A stretch of DNA of 64,000 bases from Eledone cirrhosa (GCA_964016885.1 OZ024742.1:8122001-8186000); one strand, 5' to 3'; shown: positions 25,461 through 39,909, counted from the stretch's first letter. Notes: generated by a model from the sequence alone, not told the origin. Translations and numbers: made by a program.

Positions 25461-25733
25461 ATATTGTTATACTTGGGGAAGGTCATATTGTTGTAATAAT
25501 ATTGAGAGAAATAATAACAGAACACACTCACTGTTTGGTTGGTTTTCGCTTCTGTATCTTTTATATCTCCATAGTTAATTTATTTGGCAATCAATGTTTA
25601 TCATTGACTGACCAACGGTTAAAAATACAGATATAAAGATATATATATATATAGTATATCAAAGTTCTTTTGTTGCACATCTGCAGCATCATCAGTGGTA
25701 CTATTATCATGTTCCCTCCTATTATATGTATTG
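25461..25733 (-). mobile_element. Family C ~270-bp hammerhead-bearing non-coding element (HHR 25652-25703, G12 mutated to A)
   Basis: Reverse complement of 31317-31586 and 36365-36622, flanked by (TA)n. Confidence 0.75.
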
Positions 25734-26525
25734 TAATGTTTATATATATATAATTAAGAAAAAGCAAAAACGAAAAATTCAGTTATGTTATTCTTCACCT
25801 TATGCAAATATATAATTATAAACAAAATACTAAAATACCTTGGTCAAACTTTATTATAATTACCTTGATGTATTTATATATCAAAATCTGAACTTTGACC
25901 CAACGATTTATGATAAATTCTGTCCATTTTTGTGTCTTCAGATAAGATATAAATGATTAAAGAAGAAATGTTCGTAAAATGACATCCCTGTAGCCACAAA
26001 AACGGCAAGATATATGATAACAACACAGTACAGCGTAGCATTTCTAGCCTTGACGATCTCGAAATACTTTCTTATGTATTATATTCACTACTAGTATATC
26101 CTGAGAATTTAACCATCTTAAATGAATGTGGTTTGTATTTTAGAATGGTTTGGCTGTAATTTCGTGCAGGAGGAGAGATCACGCAGGCTTGTTTGTTAGT
26201 CCAAGACTTGTACTTTATATTGTCTTGTGATAGATATGTTGTAGAAATCCAACACCGTTTCTTATTCGAAAAGATTGCATGTCAAACTACATCAAACAAA
26301 TATAAGAAGTCATTTTCTTGGTGACACGCACGACAGAAACGTATGTATACACATACGCATGTCCAGACAGAGTGTCACACAGAACCATACACACACACAC
26401 GTACACGCACAAATACATACATGTATATATGTACATATAAGTATATGTATGCACACATACATATATATACATATAATACATATACTTACATATATATATA
26501 TGTATGCACACATATGAATTTATAT

Positions 26526-26565
<40 letters not shown>

Positions 26566-26605
26566 GTATATATATATCCTACATATAAGTGTATATATGC
26601 GCGCG

Positions 26606-26644
<39 letters not shown>

Positions 26645-27000
26645 TTACACATAGTCAATTTGCTTATAATACATTTCTTTGATATACATATATAAACGAT
26701 TCTGTTGTGGCTGTCTGGAAGAAGAAAAATATTTTCAAACCTACAGAACTTCCCTATTTGTGTTTTTTTTCTTTTTATCTTCTCGGTTCTTACAACTCAG
26801 TTTAGCTTGACTGTGATAATGTTTTTATGTCGCCATTTCTAAATATGAAGGTTACTAGTGCCAAGAGGCAAGAACTCTGAGAATCTCCGTGTGGGATCTC
26901 TATTTGTCTTAGGATTGTTAAAATGGTTTCTATTTAACGAAAGATGCATAAAGAAAAAATGTATTTCTATCACTCGTTCACTTTACTGCCGAGGTTTCCC

Positions 27001-27189
27001 CTCCTAATTCTCTCTCTTTGTCTTTGACTGTCTGTCTGTCTCTCTCACTCTCTCTCTCTATCTCTCTATCTCTCACGCTCTCTCTCTCTGTCTCTCTCTC
27101 TCAAATGTTATATTATTTCGAATCCTAATTAAATTGACTCTATCTCAAATGTTTATTATGAATTTTAATGATTATACCGTGTCTTTCAT

Positions 27190-27249
<60 letters not shown>

Positions 27250-27542
27250 CACTCTCTCTCTCTCCCTCTCTCTCTCTCTCGCTCTCTCTCTCGCTCTCTC
27301 TCTCGCTCTCTCTCTCGCCCTCTATATATCTCTCTCGTCCACTCTCTCTCGCTCTCTCTCTCTCTCTCTTCAACTCTCTCTCTCTCTCTCTTCAACTCTC
27401 TCTCTCGCTCTCTCTCGCTCTCTCTATCTCTCTCTCTTCAACTCTATCTCTCTCGCTCTCTCTCGCTCTCTCTATCTCTATCTCTTCCACTCTCTCTCTC
27501 TCTCCCTTATATATGCTTGTGTGTGTGTGTGCGTGTGTATGT

Positions 27543-27581
<39 letters not shown>

Positions 27582-27680
27582 CGCGCGTGTGTGCGTGTGT
27601 GTTTGTGTGTGGGTGTGTGTATGTGTGTGTGTATGTGTGTGTGTATGTGTGTGAATGTGCGTGCGTACGTGTATATGCGT
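27001..27680. repeat. (CT)n then (GT)n microsatellites
   Basis: Visible directly in the sequence. Confidence 0.9.
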
Positions 27681-28813
27681 TTGTTATTATCCAATTTAAA
27701 CTTGTTCGTTCAAGGTTAACGTTCCATTCATATTAATTGTTAGTGTAACTTATAAAATATCTACAATGAAAATATGACTATAATTTCTCTCTACGCCTCA
27801 ACATCTCCGTAAACTCTCACACACGCAAACACAATGTCTTTATATTCCGTCTTTTCCACAGGAAACCTAGCTGAGGTTTAATTCAGGGTTGGAACACAAT
27901 TAACACTTCCTATTGCTAGGAATTGAACACGGCCGAAGCTAATGACTCATTGTTTGGTTCACAATAATGCTTATAATTACAAGTTTATGCTATGGTGTAT
28001 AGGATGGAAATCGCATGGCGTCCGACTAGTCCTCAGTATATTTGTGTGTATATATATATATATATATATTGATTCTATAGACACGTTTTATGATATAATG
28101 CTCTGATCTTTTGATTTTAACTTATTAATTCTTGATTGAGCTTAAAAGTGAACAGTTGCAACACATATATGTATCATTGATTTAATTTAATTTTATTTTA
28201 TGTATGTGATAACCTCTATATTTGATAATCTCCCTATCGGTTGAGATTAAATTTGGCGATATATGGCTGCGCTTTCTAGCAGCATGCCTACCCGCCGTAA
28301 GCGACCAATCACACGCTTTCTCTCTGGCTGGTACACAGCTACATAGCGATCTTAGCCATTTTTGAATCTAAATTTGGCGGGGTCTGTCCGAGAAATTAAA
28401 TGTCTATTTCTGAGTTTGTCTCCTGATGATAATCCTGACTCAGGACAGTCCATATTATTTGGATGTCCTAAACAAGGAAGAAACCATGGTCGAGATATAA
28501 TTACGGTATGTGCGCATTTCTTCTAAGTTTAATTTTACTACTAATTACGCGCGGTTGACGGTATGTTTGATCGGATTCGGCATGCTGCCGAAGTATTTGA
28601 TAAATAATGGAACGGAGTTAACGCGAACTGGCTGCGGTCAATTATTTGTCGGAGATTTCCCAGTTAGAAAATTTACTCTTAAAGCTTGCTGGATTTGATT
28701 ATGTATATGGTTAATTATGGTGATTAGAGGAAGAAATAGTATATATTTTAATATCTGATTGATTCGATAGACACGTTTTATGATATATATATATATATAT
28801 ATATATATATGGA

Positions 28814-28948
28814 TATAGCTGTCGAAACGGCAGTAGCTCAGCCATAGGGTTCCTGAATCATTTCATATTGTCCACCCTACTATCCCCAAGTATCGAGTAA
28901 TCTGGTGCGTTATGGTCCACCTGGTATCTTACCATACCCACTTTATTA
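28814..28948 (+). mobile_element. Family E short TA-flanked repeat (relatives at 22417-22488 and 33962-34100)
   Basis: Shared GAAACGGC..AGCTC.GCCAT.GGGT and AAGTAT(C/T)GAGTA..CTGGTGCGTTATGGTCCA(C/T)CTGGT. Confidence 0.55.
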
Positions 28949-28976
28949 TATATATATATATATATTATACATGATA

Positions 28977-29048
<72 letters not shown>

Positions 29049-29079
29049 ATATATATATATAATATATATATATATCATG

Positions 29080-29250
<171 letters not shown>

Positions 29251-29267
29251 GTATATATATATATATT

Positions 29268-29971
29268 TAAATATGAGAAAAACGTGCTGCGGGGTTGCTA
29301 ATGGGTTACATATGAATAAAGTTAGTCCTTCATCAGTGATCTTCCAACCATCATTGGTATTTCATCGCTTTAAAGACCATATACCTCCTGTTGGTGCGAG
29401 TAACGGCTAAAAAAAAGTCGTTGGGACACGTAAATAAAGGAGACGCGAGTGTAAACAAACAAAAATGGTGAAGCAACGAAAAGTGAGGAAGAAGGAGTCA
29501 AGTCCCAAATTTCTATGAATTTAAATTCGGTGAAATCGTGAACGAGAGAGAATAAAGACCATCAAACCTGGTTGGAATGTAAATGTAAGCAAAGAAGGAA
29601 TTCCGTACAGGTATAACGGGAGGCAGAAGGGATCTAGTTTGTGATTTCGGTGAACATATGTTCTGTGAAATCGTAGACGAGAGAGAGAAAAAAAGCGACC
29701 TGCCAGACCAAGGGTCCGAAAGAAATGAATTAAGCACAGGTCAAACGGGAAGAAGGAGGAGGAGGAGAGGTAGTAACGGAGAATGAGTGAGTGAAGGGTG
29801 AGGAATAGGCTAACAGAGAGAGTGACTGCTAGAGAGGGTAAAGATACAGAGAAAGAGGAAGCAGTAAGAACGAAATAGACGGGTAACAGTGGGGGAAAAA
29901 ATATGTGTAAATATGAGAAAAACGTGCTGCGGGGTTGCTAATGGGTTACATATGAATAAAGTTAGTCCTTC
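29268..29971. repeat. 640-bp unit bounded by a perfect 64-bp direct repeat; the interior is homologous to 37420-37710
   Basis: TAAATATGAGAAAAACGTGCTGCGGGG...GTTAGTCCTTC at 29268-29331 and 29908-29971. TCATTGGTATTTC.TCGC.TTAAAGAC and CACAGGTCA.ACGGGA are shared with the 37.4-37.7 kb region. Confidence 0.75.
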
Positions 29972-30057
29972 CCGAAACTCAAGCTTGAGGGTGGTTTCTT
30001 CACTGAAGACCTTCTGCTATCCAGCTCTCCTGAGAGTTTCTGACCACTGCTCCTTAC

Positions 30058-30098
<41 letters not shown>

Positions 30099-30196
30099 AA
30101 CGATCGACTTTTTTGTCAAATCGGACCGAGGGAACAATGTTTCCGTTGGTCTTTCCAATTGCTAATACTATCTATCGGTCGCAACTCCAGGTAGAA

Positions 30197-30315
30197 GGAG
30201 CAACGTGAAATAAAGTGTCTTGCTCAAGGACATAACGCATCGCCTGGTCCAGGAATCGAACTCACAACCTTACGATTGCCAATACAATTCTTTAACCACT
30301 CAGCCACACGCCTTC
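30197..30315 (-). mobile_element. Truncated tRNA-derived CORE-type SINE (head + start of core)
   Basis: Minus strand reads GGCGTGTGGCTGAGTGGTTAA...GAGTTCGATTCC...CCTTGAGCAAGACACTTTATTTCAC. Same family as 33057-33327. Confidence 0.7.
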
Positions 30316-30320
30316 ACCAT

Positions 30321-30479
30321 AGTTTATTACGCGTTGACCATCGTTGGTAAATTTGGAGCACATTGTAAAATAAATCATCAAAATCGGTAGAGAAATGTGG
30401 AAATGCATAAACATCATACACACACACAACAGACATCTTCCGTCTTATATATTTATATATATATATATATATATGTATG

Positions 30480-30522
<43 letters not shown>

Positions 30523-30602
30523 CCACATTTCTCTACCGATTTTGATGATTTATTTTACAATGTGCTCCAAATTTACCAACGATGGTCAACGCGTAATAAA
30601 CT
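30321..30602. repeat. Perfect ~81-bp inverted repeat around a (TA)n spacer
   Basis: 30321-30401 is the reverse complement of 30522-30602. Confidence 0.9.
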
Positions 30603-30724
30603 TTGCGAAAAGTTTCCTGCTATGAAAAAAATCGATAAAACTAAATACATACCGTAACCCTCTCTCTTACACGCTTAATCCCTCTCTCTACTACCATCAA
30701 CAATCTATGAAACTACATACATGT

Positions 30725-31148
30725 TGCAACTCTCTTTAAAAGGTTCATACCTCCCTCTACTCCCCTCTCAATACCCTCTGCAACTCTCTTTAAAAGGTTC
30801 AGCCATCCCTCTACCCCCCCCTCAATCTCCTCTGCAACTCTCTTTAAAATGTTAATGCCTCCCTCTACTACCCTATCACCATTAGAGTTTACAACAGCGA
30901 CAAAACTTCGTTCAGGAACGCGATATAAACTTTGAAATCTAAGCAACATATCAATTTATACAAGCATAGCTTTACACTCTCCGTCTCTCTTCCCTCTCTC
31001 TATAATAGATCATTCCACCTCTCTATAATTTAACTGCTTTACACTCTCTCTGTCGCTCTTCACTCTCTATATGACAACACTGTTTTACGCAACTCCCTAT
31101 AGTTTCTTAGCTTTACTCTCTCCGTCGTTCTGCCCTCTCTCTATAATA
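30725..31148. repeat. Two short tandem arrays: 54 bp x3 (30725-30870) and ~70 bp x3 (30969-31148)
   Basis: TGCAACTCTCTTTAAAA at 30725, 30779 and 30833. GCTTTAC(A)CTCTC...CTCTATA occurs three times. Confidence 0.7.
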
Positions 31149-31316
31149 AAAACACATATAAACACACACTAGTAAACTAAGATAGAATACAATAACCAAA
31201 ACAGAATCACCCAAACGCGAACACACATGAAACACTATACACACACGCAAACGCATGCGCAGAGAAGACAAAAATAAATAAATAAATAAACAGATTAAAT
31301 AAAGATGGCGTAGACA

Positions 31317-31586
31317 TACAATACAACAGGAGGAAACATAATAGCATCACTGACGATGTTGCAGATGTACAACGAAAGAACTTTGTTAGACTATTTATAT
31401 GTGTTTGTGTCTATATTATATCTGTATTTTTGACCGTTGGTCAGTCAATGGTAAACATTGAGGACCGAATAAATTAACTGATATAAAAGATACAGAAGCG
31501 AAAACCAACCAAACAGTGAGTTGTTCTGTTATTAATTCTGGCAATATTATTACAACAATATGACCGTCCCCAATTATAACAATATA
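31317..31586 (+). mobile_element. Family C hammerhead-bearing element (HHR 31342-31393)
   Basis: ATCA-CTGACGA-tGTTGCAgatgTACAAC-GAAA-GAAC-TT-TGTT. Confidence 0.75.
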
Positions 31587-31810
31587 TATTTATATATATA
31601 TATACAGATGTGAGAAAAACCACAGACCCTCCATCTCAACTCTACTTTTGAAAAGCAGAAGAACTGCGAAACCGGTAAAGGAACCAAATAAATATATATA
31701 TTTTTTTAAAAATAAGACTCCAGTTGCATTTTCGATTTCATATTTTTTCTTTATACTTTCACTCGTGTAGGACACCTCGGTTATTTTTCATTTTGTAAAA
31801 AAAACCTCAC

Positions 31811-31843
<33 letters not shown>

Positions 31844-31957
31844 ACTCGGACAGGCCCAACTACCATCCGGAACCCAACGACCCTGTGCTGATTGCGGAGG
31901 CTACCCAGCCAACCCTGGGTGATGGTAACTACGCGGTACATGTGGTGGGCTTAAGAA

Positions 31958-32387
31958 GTCATGTAATTGCAGAGACCCATCACTATGCCCCCTTAGTAAT
32001 GAATGCATGACGAAAAACGTAGTCTACAGGTGCAAGGTCACAACCCCTAACTCGGAGCACCACTACATAGGATCCACAGCGACGAGCTTCAAAGGTCGGT
32101 GGTATAACCATCGCCATTCCTTTAATAGAATAGATAAGAGGAAATGTACGGCCCTTTCTGAATTGATCTGGATTCTCAAACTTGAAAAGACCCCGCACTC
32201 TCTGGTCTGGTCCGTGGTTAGAAAGGTTCCCACAGGCAGAGGCGGGTCTGGTATTTGCAACCTCTGTCTTAGTGAGACACTCGAGATACTTCATGGCGGA
32301 ACACAGCTATTAAACAGAAGGGCCGACTTATTCGGTGCCTGCAGACACCTACTAAGGACGGGAAATTTCCTCACGCTATATGGATAA
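31958..32387 (+). pseudogene. Third PLE family (D): linker + GIY-YIG endonuclease fragment
   Basis: SCNCRDPSLCPLSNEC-MTKNVVYRCKV..HYIGST..FKGRWYNHRHSF..CNLC..E..LLNRR..GACRH. Confidence 0.88.
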
Positions 32388-32607
32388 ACCCCGGTTAAGG
32401 CCTCACACAAGCCCCCCTATAGGTCTCCTACACCCCGTACCAATGACCAATGGACAACAACAACCACCCATAGTTTGTGGTCCCTATCGTGGATGGTCCA
32501 TCGGATCCTCTACTGGTTAGGAGTCATCAAAACCACTTTTTATTGAACCTGATTTTATATATATATATATATGTATACTATGTGTATATATGTGTATATA
32601 TGTGTAT

Positions 32608-32677
<70 letters not shown>

Positions 32678-33056
32678 TTTATATATATGTGTGAGTATGT
32701 GTGTATTTTATATATATGTGTGTATGTATATTTTATATATGTGTATATTTTGTGTGTGTATATTTTATGTATGTATATATATTTTATATATATATATATA
32801 TATTTTATATATATATATATTTTGTGTATATATATATTTTATATATATATATATACTTATATGCATACAAATATATATATACACACCTGTATGGATTTGC
32901 GTGTGTAGATGTGTGTGTGTGCTGAGGGGGTAGGTGAGAGTGTATGTACAAGTCAACCCACATAAGCCTTTTATTTCTAAATTTTCTAAACTATCTAAGT
33001 ATTTGCCTCTAACCATTATTTTAAGTATTACCTAAAAAAAAAGTCTAAAGTCTGTC

Positions 33057-33327
33057 TTAAGCCAGAAGGCTCATTTGGCCGGTGCTTATACCGGTTTCAT
33101 GGCGTGAAGCGACTGAGAGTACAAGACTCCCCCCCTGGACAGGACGCCAGTCCATCGCAGAGTTAAACCTCCAGCTATTGCTGGTACTCATTTTCAGCTG
33201 AGTAAACTGGAGCAATGTGAAATAAAGTGTCTTGCTCAAGGAAACAACACATCACCCGGTCCGAGAATTGAACTCACAACCTTTCGATTGTAAGCCTACT
33301 GCTCTAACCACTAAGCCATGCGTCTTC
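33057..33327 (-). mobile_element. Full-length tRNA-derived CORE-type SINE (octopus OR-like)
   Basis: A box TGGCTTAGTGG and B box GAGTTCAATTCTC. MIR-core-like CCTTGAGCAAGACACTTTATTTCAC..CTCCAGTTTACTCAGCTGAAAATGAG. Tail CTGCGATGGACTGGCGTCCTGTCCAGGGGGG. Confidence 0.75.
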
Positions 33328-33799
33328 ACTAAGTATTACCACCCCACATTAATTCCTCAATTTGTATGTGTGGATGTGTGTGTGTGTGTGTGTGGAGGTG
33401 GGTGTGAGTTTACGTGCAAGCCAACCTACATAAGTAAATTTTCTACTCTAACCATAATTTTCAGTAGCACCACTCCACATAAATTCCTCAATTTAAGAAT
33501 GACCTGTAGTATCTATTTCATACTATTAACCTTAATTGAATATATATCTGACCAGGAATGCTTTTCGTGAAAATCAGTCATATGGAACTATTGTCATCTT
33601 GCTCGACGGTTTGAACTTTACAACACCACCTGCCTCTTTGAGGTCAAATACCAAACCTACTAGCATCTACAAACTGACCAATGAGAATTAAGACTATTCC
33701 TGCTGACAACATTAAATTATTCCTAACAAGCTCATATATCCCAAGGCTCTGATACCATCAACACAATACACAGAGAGCTGGCATATCTAAGAACTGACT

Positions 33800-33870
33800 A
33801 ACTGCCTGATGAGGTCATAGCCATTCAATGGCTATCATCGAAATATATATATGAGTTCATGCAATTGACT
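33800..33870 (+). ncRNA. Putative hammerhead, possibly the pseudo-LTR end of PLE family D
   Basis: CTGATGA-GGTC-ATAGCCATTcAATGGCTAT-CATC-GAAA-TATATA-TA. Stem I is not convincingly resolved. Confidence 0.45.
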
Positions 33871-33900
33871 TATGTTTTCGTCACTATATATATATATATA

Positions 33901-34019
33901 TATAGGAAAATAGTATGACCCTGACGGCAGAGCTCAAGCCGTTTCGACGGCTATTTCTGTCCAGAAATAACCGTAGAAACGGCTTGAGCTCTGCCATCAG
34001 GGTCATACTTTTTCCTATA
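33901..34019. repeat. ~58-bp-arm hairpin (fold-back of the family E repeat)
   Basis: TATAGGAAAA.AGTATGACCCTGA.GGCAGAGCTCAAGCCGTTTC.ACGG.TATTTCTG followed by its reverse complement, with a 2-nt loop. Confidence 0.9.
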
Positions 34020-34098
34020 ACCCACTCTATTACCCTAAGTATTGAGTACCCTGGTGCGTTATGGTCCATCTGGTTCCTTACGACAATTCCTTCGTTAT

Positions 34099-34130
<32 letters not shown>

Positions 34131-34374
34131 TATTACGTACATACTTGTTTCAACACGATCGATGGTGTCAGTGGTGAGTTATTGCTGTTTATGTAGACAT
34201 ATATTTGTAAACTTTGTTATATTGTGATGTAGAAGAACATCGAACAACGGTTTATGATGGCATTTTTTGCTCAACTCAAATAATCTGCCACCGAAACATT
34301 TAGTTATTTAACACAAGTTTATGGAAGTAAAAGATAAATCACACGTATCACACGTTTCACACGTGTGATTTATG

Positions 34375-34444
<70 letters not shown>

Positions 34445-34662
34445 CGTATATATTTAATATAGAAAGGGGTTCTACAGGACTACAACAGTTTCAATCGGGG
34501 AGAAATCATCAGGAAGCCAGATAAAACAGTTCTAGTCCAATTGAAGCCCTTCTATGTTAAATATGTGTACTCTGCTATGTATTTAGTAGCTTTCTTACTG
34601 TGGTTATCCCGATTGAACCCGGAGTAAACTTATATATATATGTATGTATATGCACATGTATC

Positions 34663-34763
<101 letters not shown>

Positions 34764-34879
34764 ATTATTTATATTACAAATACATATCCTAGCTATACTG
34801 TGCTAGAGAATATCTTTTCACTGCTTTGTATTTCAATTGCGGCTGATCAATTGACTACGCATGTATATATACATATATA

Positions 34880-35545
34880 TGTGTGTGCCTGTGTCTCTGT
34901 GTGTGTCTCTCTGTACGTGTGTCTCTGTGTGTGTCTCTGTGTGTGTCTCTGTGTGTGTCTCTCTGTACGTGTGTCTCTGTGTGTGTCTCTGTGTGTGTCT
35001 CTCTGTACGTGTGTCTCTCTGTGTGTCTGTGTGTGTGTCTCTGTGTGTGTCTCTCTGTACGTGTGTCTCTGTGTGTCTCTGTGTGTGTCTCTGTGTGTGT
35101 CTCTGTGTGTGTCTGTGTGTGTGTCTCTCTGTACGTGTGTCTCTGTGTGTGTCTCTGTACGTGTGTCTCTGTGTGTGTCTCTCTGTACGTGTGTCTCTGT
35201 GTGTGTCTCTGTGTGTGTCTCTCTGTACGTGTGTCTCTGTGTGTGTATCTGTGTGTGTCTCTGTACGTGTGTCTCTGTGTGTGTCTCTCTGTACGTGTGT
35301 CTCTGTGTGTGTCTGTGTGTGTCTGTGTGTGTGTCTGTGTGTGTCTCTCCGTATGTGTGTCTCTGTGTGTGTCTCTCTGTACGTGTGTCTCTGTGTGTCT
35401 CTCTGTACGTGTGTCTCTGTGTGTGTCTCTCTGTACCGTGTGTCTCTGTGTGTGTCTCTGTACGTGTGTCTGTGTGTGTGTCTCTGTACGTGTGTCTCTG
35501 TGTGTGTCTCTGTACGTGTGTCTCTGTGTGTGTCTGTGTGTTTGT
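34880..35545. repeat. GT/CT-derived minisatellite (GTGTGTGTCTCT / CTCTGTACGTGTGTCTCT)
   Basis: Visible directly in the sequence. Confidence 0.9.
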
Positions 35546-35934
35546 GTGTATGTGTGTCTTTCTCCTTCTCTCTCTCTCTCTACGTGTGTTTATGTGTGTC
35601 CTTATATCTTTTTAATTCACATTTGCCTTGAAATACTTCTTGTCCTGTATTTCTGTTCTATATAGTCTTTACATAAACACTTCTCTGTTGACATTCAACC
35701 AGATTCAATAGTGAATTGCTACAACATTCGCTTTACATAAACAGACGATGGTAGTATTCAATAGTTCCAACCTATATTTACTTCGACCGTCTGGATAAAA
35801 TGTAACATTCCTCTCTCATGTGAATTAATGTTTCTTTATAACGTCACATGGTGTAAAATATAGCGCTAAAGTTTTTCGTTTCACCTGTTAATTTTAGAGA
35901 AATAATGAGGGTATTGGAAGGACAAAATTGGTTC

Positions 35935-36186
35935 AGCCTTTTATAAAATTCCTTTGACATATTTGTTCCGGTGCGTTGTGTACTGAGTTCAGACCCTCCG
36001 GCGTTGAATTTGATTTCGTTCCATTTATGTTTTCGGGGTTTCTTAAGGTTCTGAGTTCAATCCCGACATTGTCACCTTTGCGTTTTATTCTTCCGGGTTC
36101 GATAAAATATAGTACGAGAGAGTTAATACAGTCGATGTAATCGACCTTTCCTTTTCCCCAAATTGCTGCCTTTATATCAATTTCAG
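35935..36186 (+). mobile_element. Degenerate tRNA-type SINE with a duplicated head (same family as 16398-16940)
   Basis: CTGAGTTCA occurs twice, followed by CGGGTTCGATAAAATATAGTAC..GTCGATGTAATCGAC..AAATTGCTGCC. Confidence 0.5.
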
Positions 36187-36234
36187 TTTGGTGTGTAAGC
36201 CCAGTCGTAGTGAGGTTAGCCAATGTGGTATATA

Positions 36235-36273
<39 letters not shown>

Positions 36274-36364
36274 AATCTTAGACAGGAACAAAAACAGAAA
36301 AGCAGTACAAATATGAGTTTATTAAGTTCACGCTTTTGAGAGCGGAGGGGGAGGGGTGTATATA

Positions 36365-36622
36365 AATACAACAGGAGGAAACATAATAGTATCACTGATG
36401 ATGTTGCAGATGTGCAACGAAAGAACTTTGATAGACTATATATATATTTACATCTGTATTTTAACCGTTGGTCAATCAATGATAAACATTGATTGCCAAA
36501 TAAATTAACTATGCAGATATAAAAGATACAGAAGCGAAAACCAAACAAACAGTGAGTGTGTTCTGTTTTTAATTCTAGAAATATTATTACAACAATATGA
36601 CCCGCCACAAGTATAACAATAT
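36365..36622 (+). mobile_element. Family C hammerhead-bearing element with intact HHR (36387-36438)
   Basis: TATCA-CTGATGA-tGTTGCAgatgTGCAAC-GAAA-GAAC-TT-TGATA. It ends at (TA)n. Confidence 0.8.
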
Positions 36623-36637
36623 ATATATATATATATA

Positions 36638-36838
36638 TAGTAATAATAATAAATTTGAAGACTAAAATCCAAAGAGGGCTCGATAAGGATAAATATATAT
36701 CAAATATATAAGAATCGTAGAGCAAATATTTATTAAAATAACAGATTAAAGTTTAAACAAAGTTTCAGAAGATCCCGTTAAGGGTGAAAAGCAGCGATTC
36801 TTATTGCTTAAACTTTAATCTGTTATTTTAATAAATAT
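36638..36838. mobile_element. Miniature family A fold-back: inverted tail + hammerhead core
   Basis: 36638-36756 is the reverse complement of 12170-12288. 36761-36838 carries the CAGAAGA hammerhead. There is a perfect 31-bp inverted repeat at 36726-36756/36808-36838. Confidence 0.8.
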
Positions 36839-36897
36839 ATATATATAGAGGTGGCGATGTTGTAGTTATATGTTTCTAGCAATATCATACCCTGTTG

Positions 36898-37375
<478 letters not shown>

Positions 37376-37713
37376 AAATAGACCGAGAAACAGGAATGTC
37401 CATCATGAGTAGTATGCTGATAATCATTGGTATTTCTTCGCATTAAAGACTAGGAACCTAAAATCAGTGCGAGCGATAACTAAATAAAGTTATGGAGACA
37501 GAGCGAATTGGAAGGGGAAAGTGAACAACCAACATGGTAGTAATGCAACGTAAAGAGGGGAAAAGAGAGACAAGACAATGAATCTTGTGGGCTTAAGTCT
37601 GAACGAATCAAATGACGAGAAGAGGCAGACACGTCCGAGATATGCGAAAAGTGAGAGAGAAAAGAATTTCACACAGGTCAGACGGGAGGAAATGAGAGAG
37701 TGAGTGAGTTAAA

Positions 37714-39066
<1,353 letters not shown>

Positions 39067-39284
39067 ATATATATATATATATATATTTCTTCTCTTTCTC
39101 TCACTCCTCAATCCTCTCTTTTCCTCGTCTCTTCTCTTAACCTCCCTCCCTCCAAATCTCATCTCCCCCTCTCATCACTCTCCACCACACCACCACCACC
39201 ACCACTTATTTCCTATAATTTTTACCAGACTTTTTACTTTAACTGTAATCAATTATTTTATGATTAATGAACAATTGTCCTACC

Positions 39285-39745
39285 TGCTGTTGTTGTTGTT
39301 GGTAGTGATGGTGGTGCTGGTGGTGGTGTTGGTTGGTGGTGTTGGTGCTGGTGTTGGTGCTGGTGTTGGTGGTGGTGTTGGTGGTGGTGTTGGTGGTGGT
39401 GTTGGTGCTGGTGCTGGTGGTGGTGTTGGTGGTGGTGTTGGTGCTGGTGTTGGTGGTGGTGCTGGTGGTGGTGTTGGTGGTGGTGTTGGTGGTGGTGTTG
39501 GTGCTGGTGTTGGTGGTGGTGTTGGTGGTGGTGTTGGTGCTGGTGTTGGTGCTGGTGTTCGTGCTGCTGGTGTTAATGATGTTGATGAAAACGATGATGA
39601 TGACTGCGGTGACAGTATTGGTTGAGGTGGGGATACTAGTGGGTGTTAGTGTTAGTAGTCGTATTAGTCGCAGCAGTGAGGGCAACGGTAGTATTAGTAG
39701 TAGTATTAGTGGTATTAGTAGTAGTAGTAGTAGGAGTAGTACTAA

Positions 39746-39820
<75 letters not shown>

Positions 39821-39878
39821 CATTAGTAGTAGTAGTAGTAGTAGTAGTAGTACTAGTAGTAGTAGTAGTAGTAGTAAC

Positions 39879-39909
<31 letters not shown>

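Noticed and set aside
28424-28452. CTGATGA followed by a small CCTGA/TCAGG hairpin
   Set aside because: There is no downstream GAAA or stem I, so it is not a supportable hammerhead.
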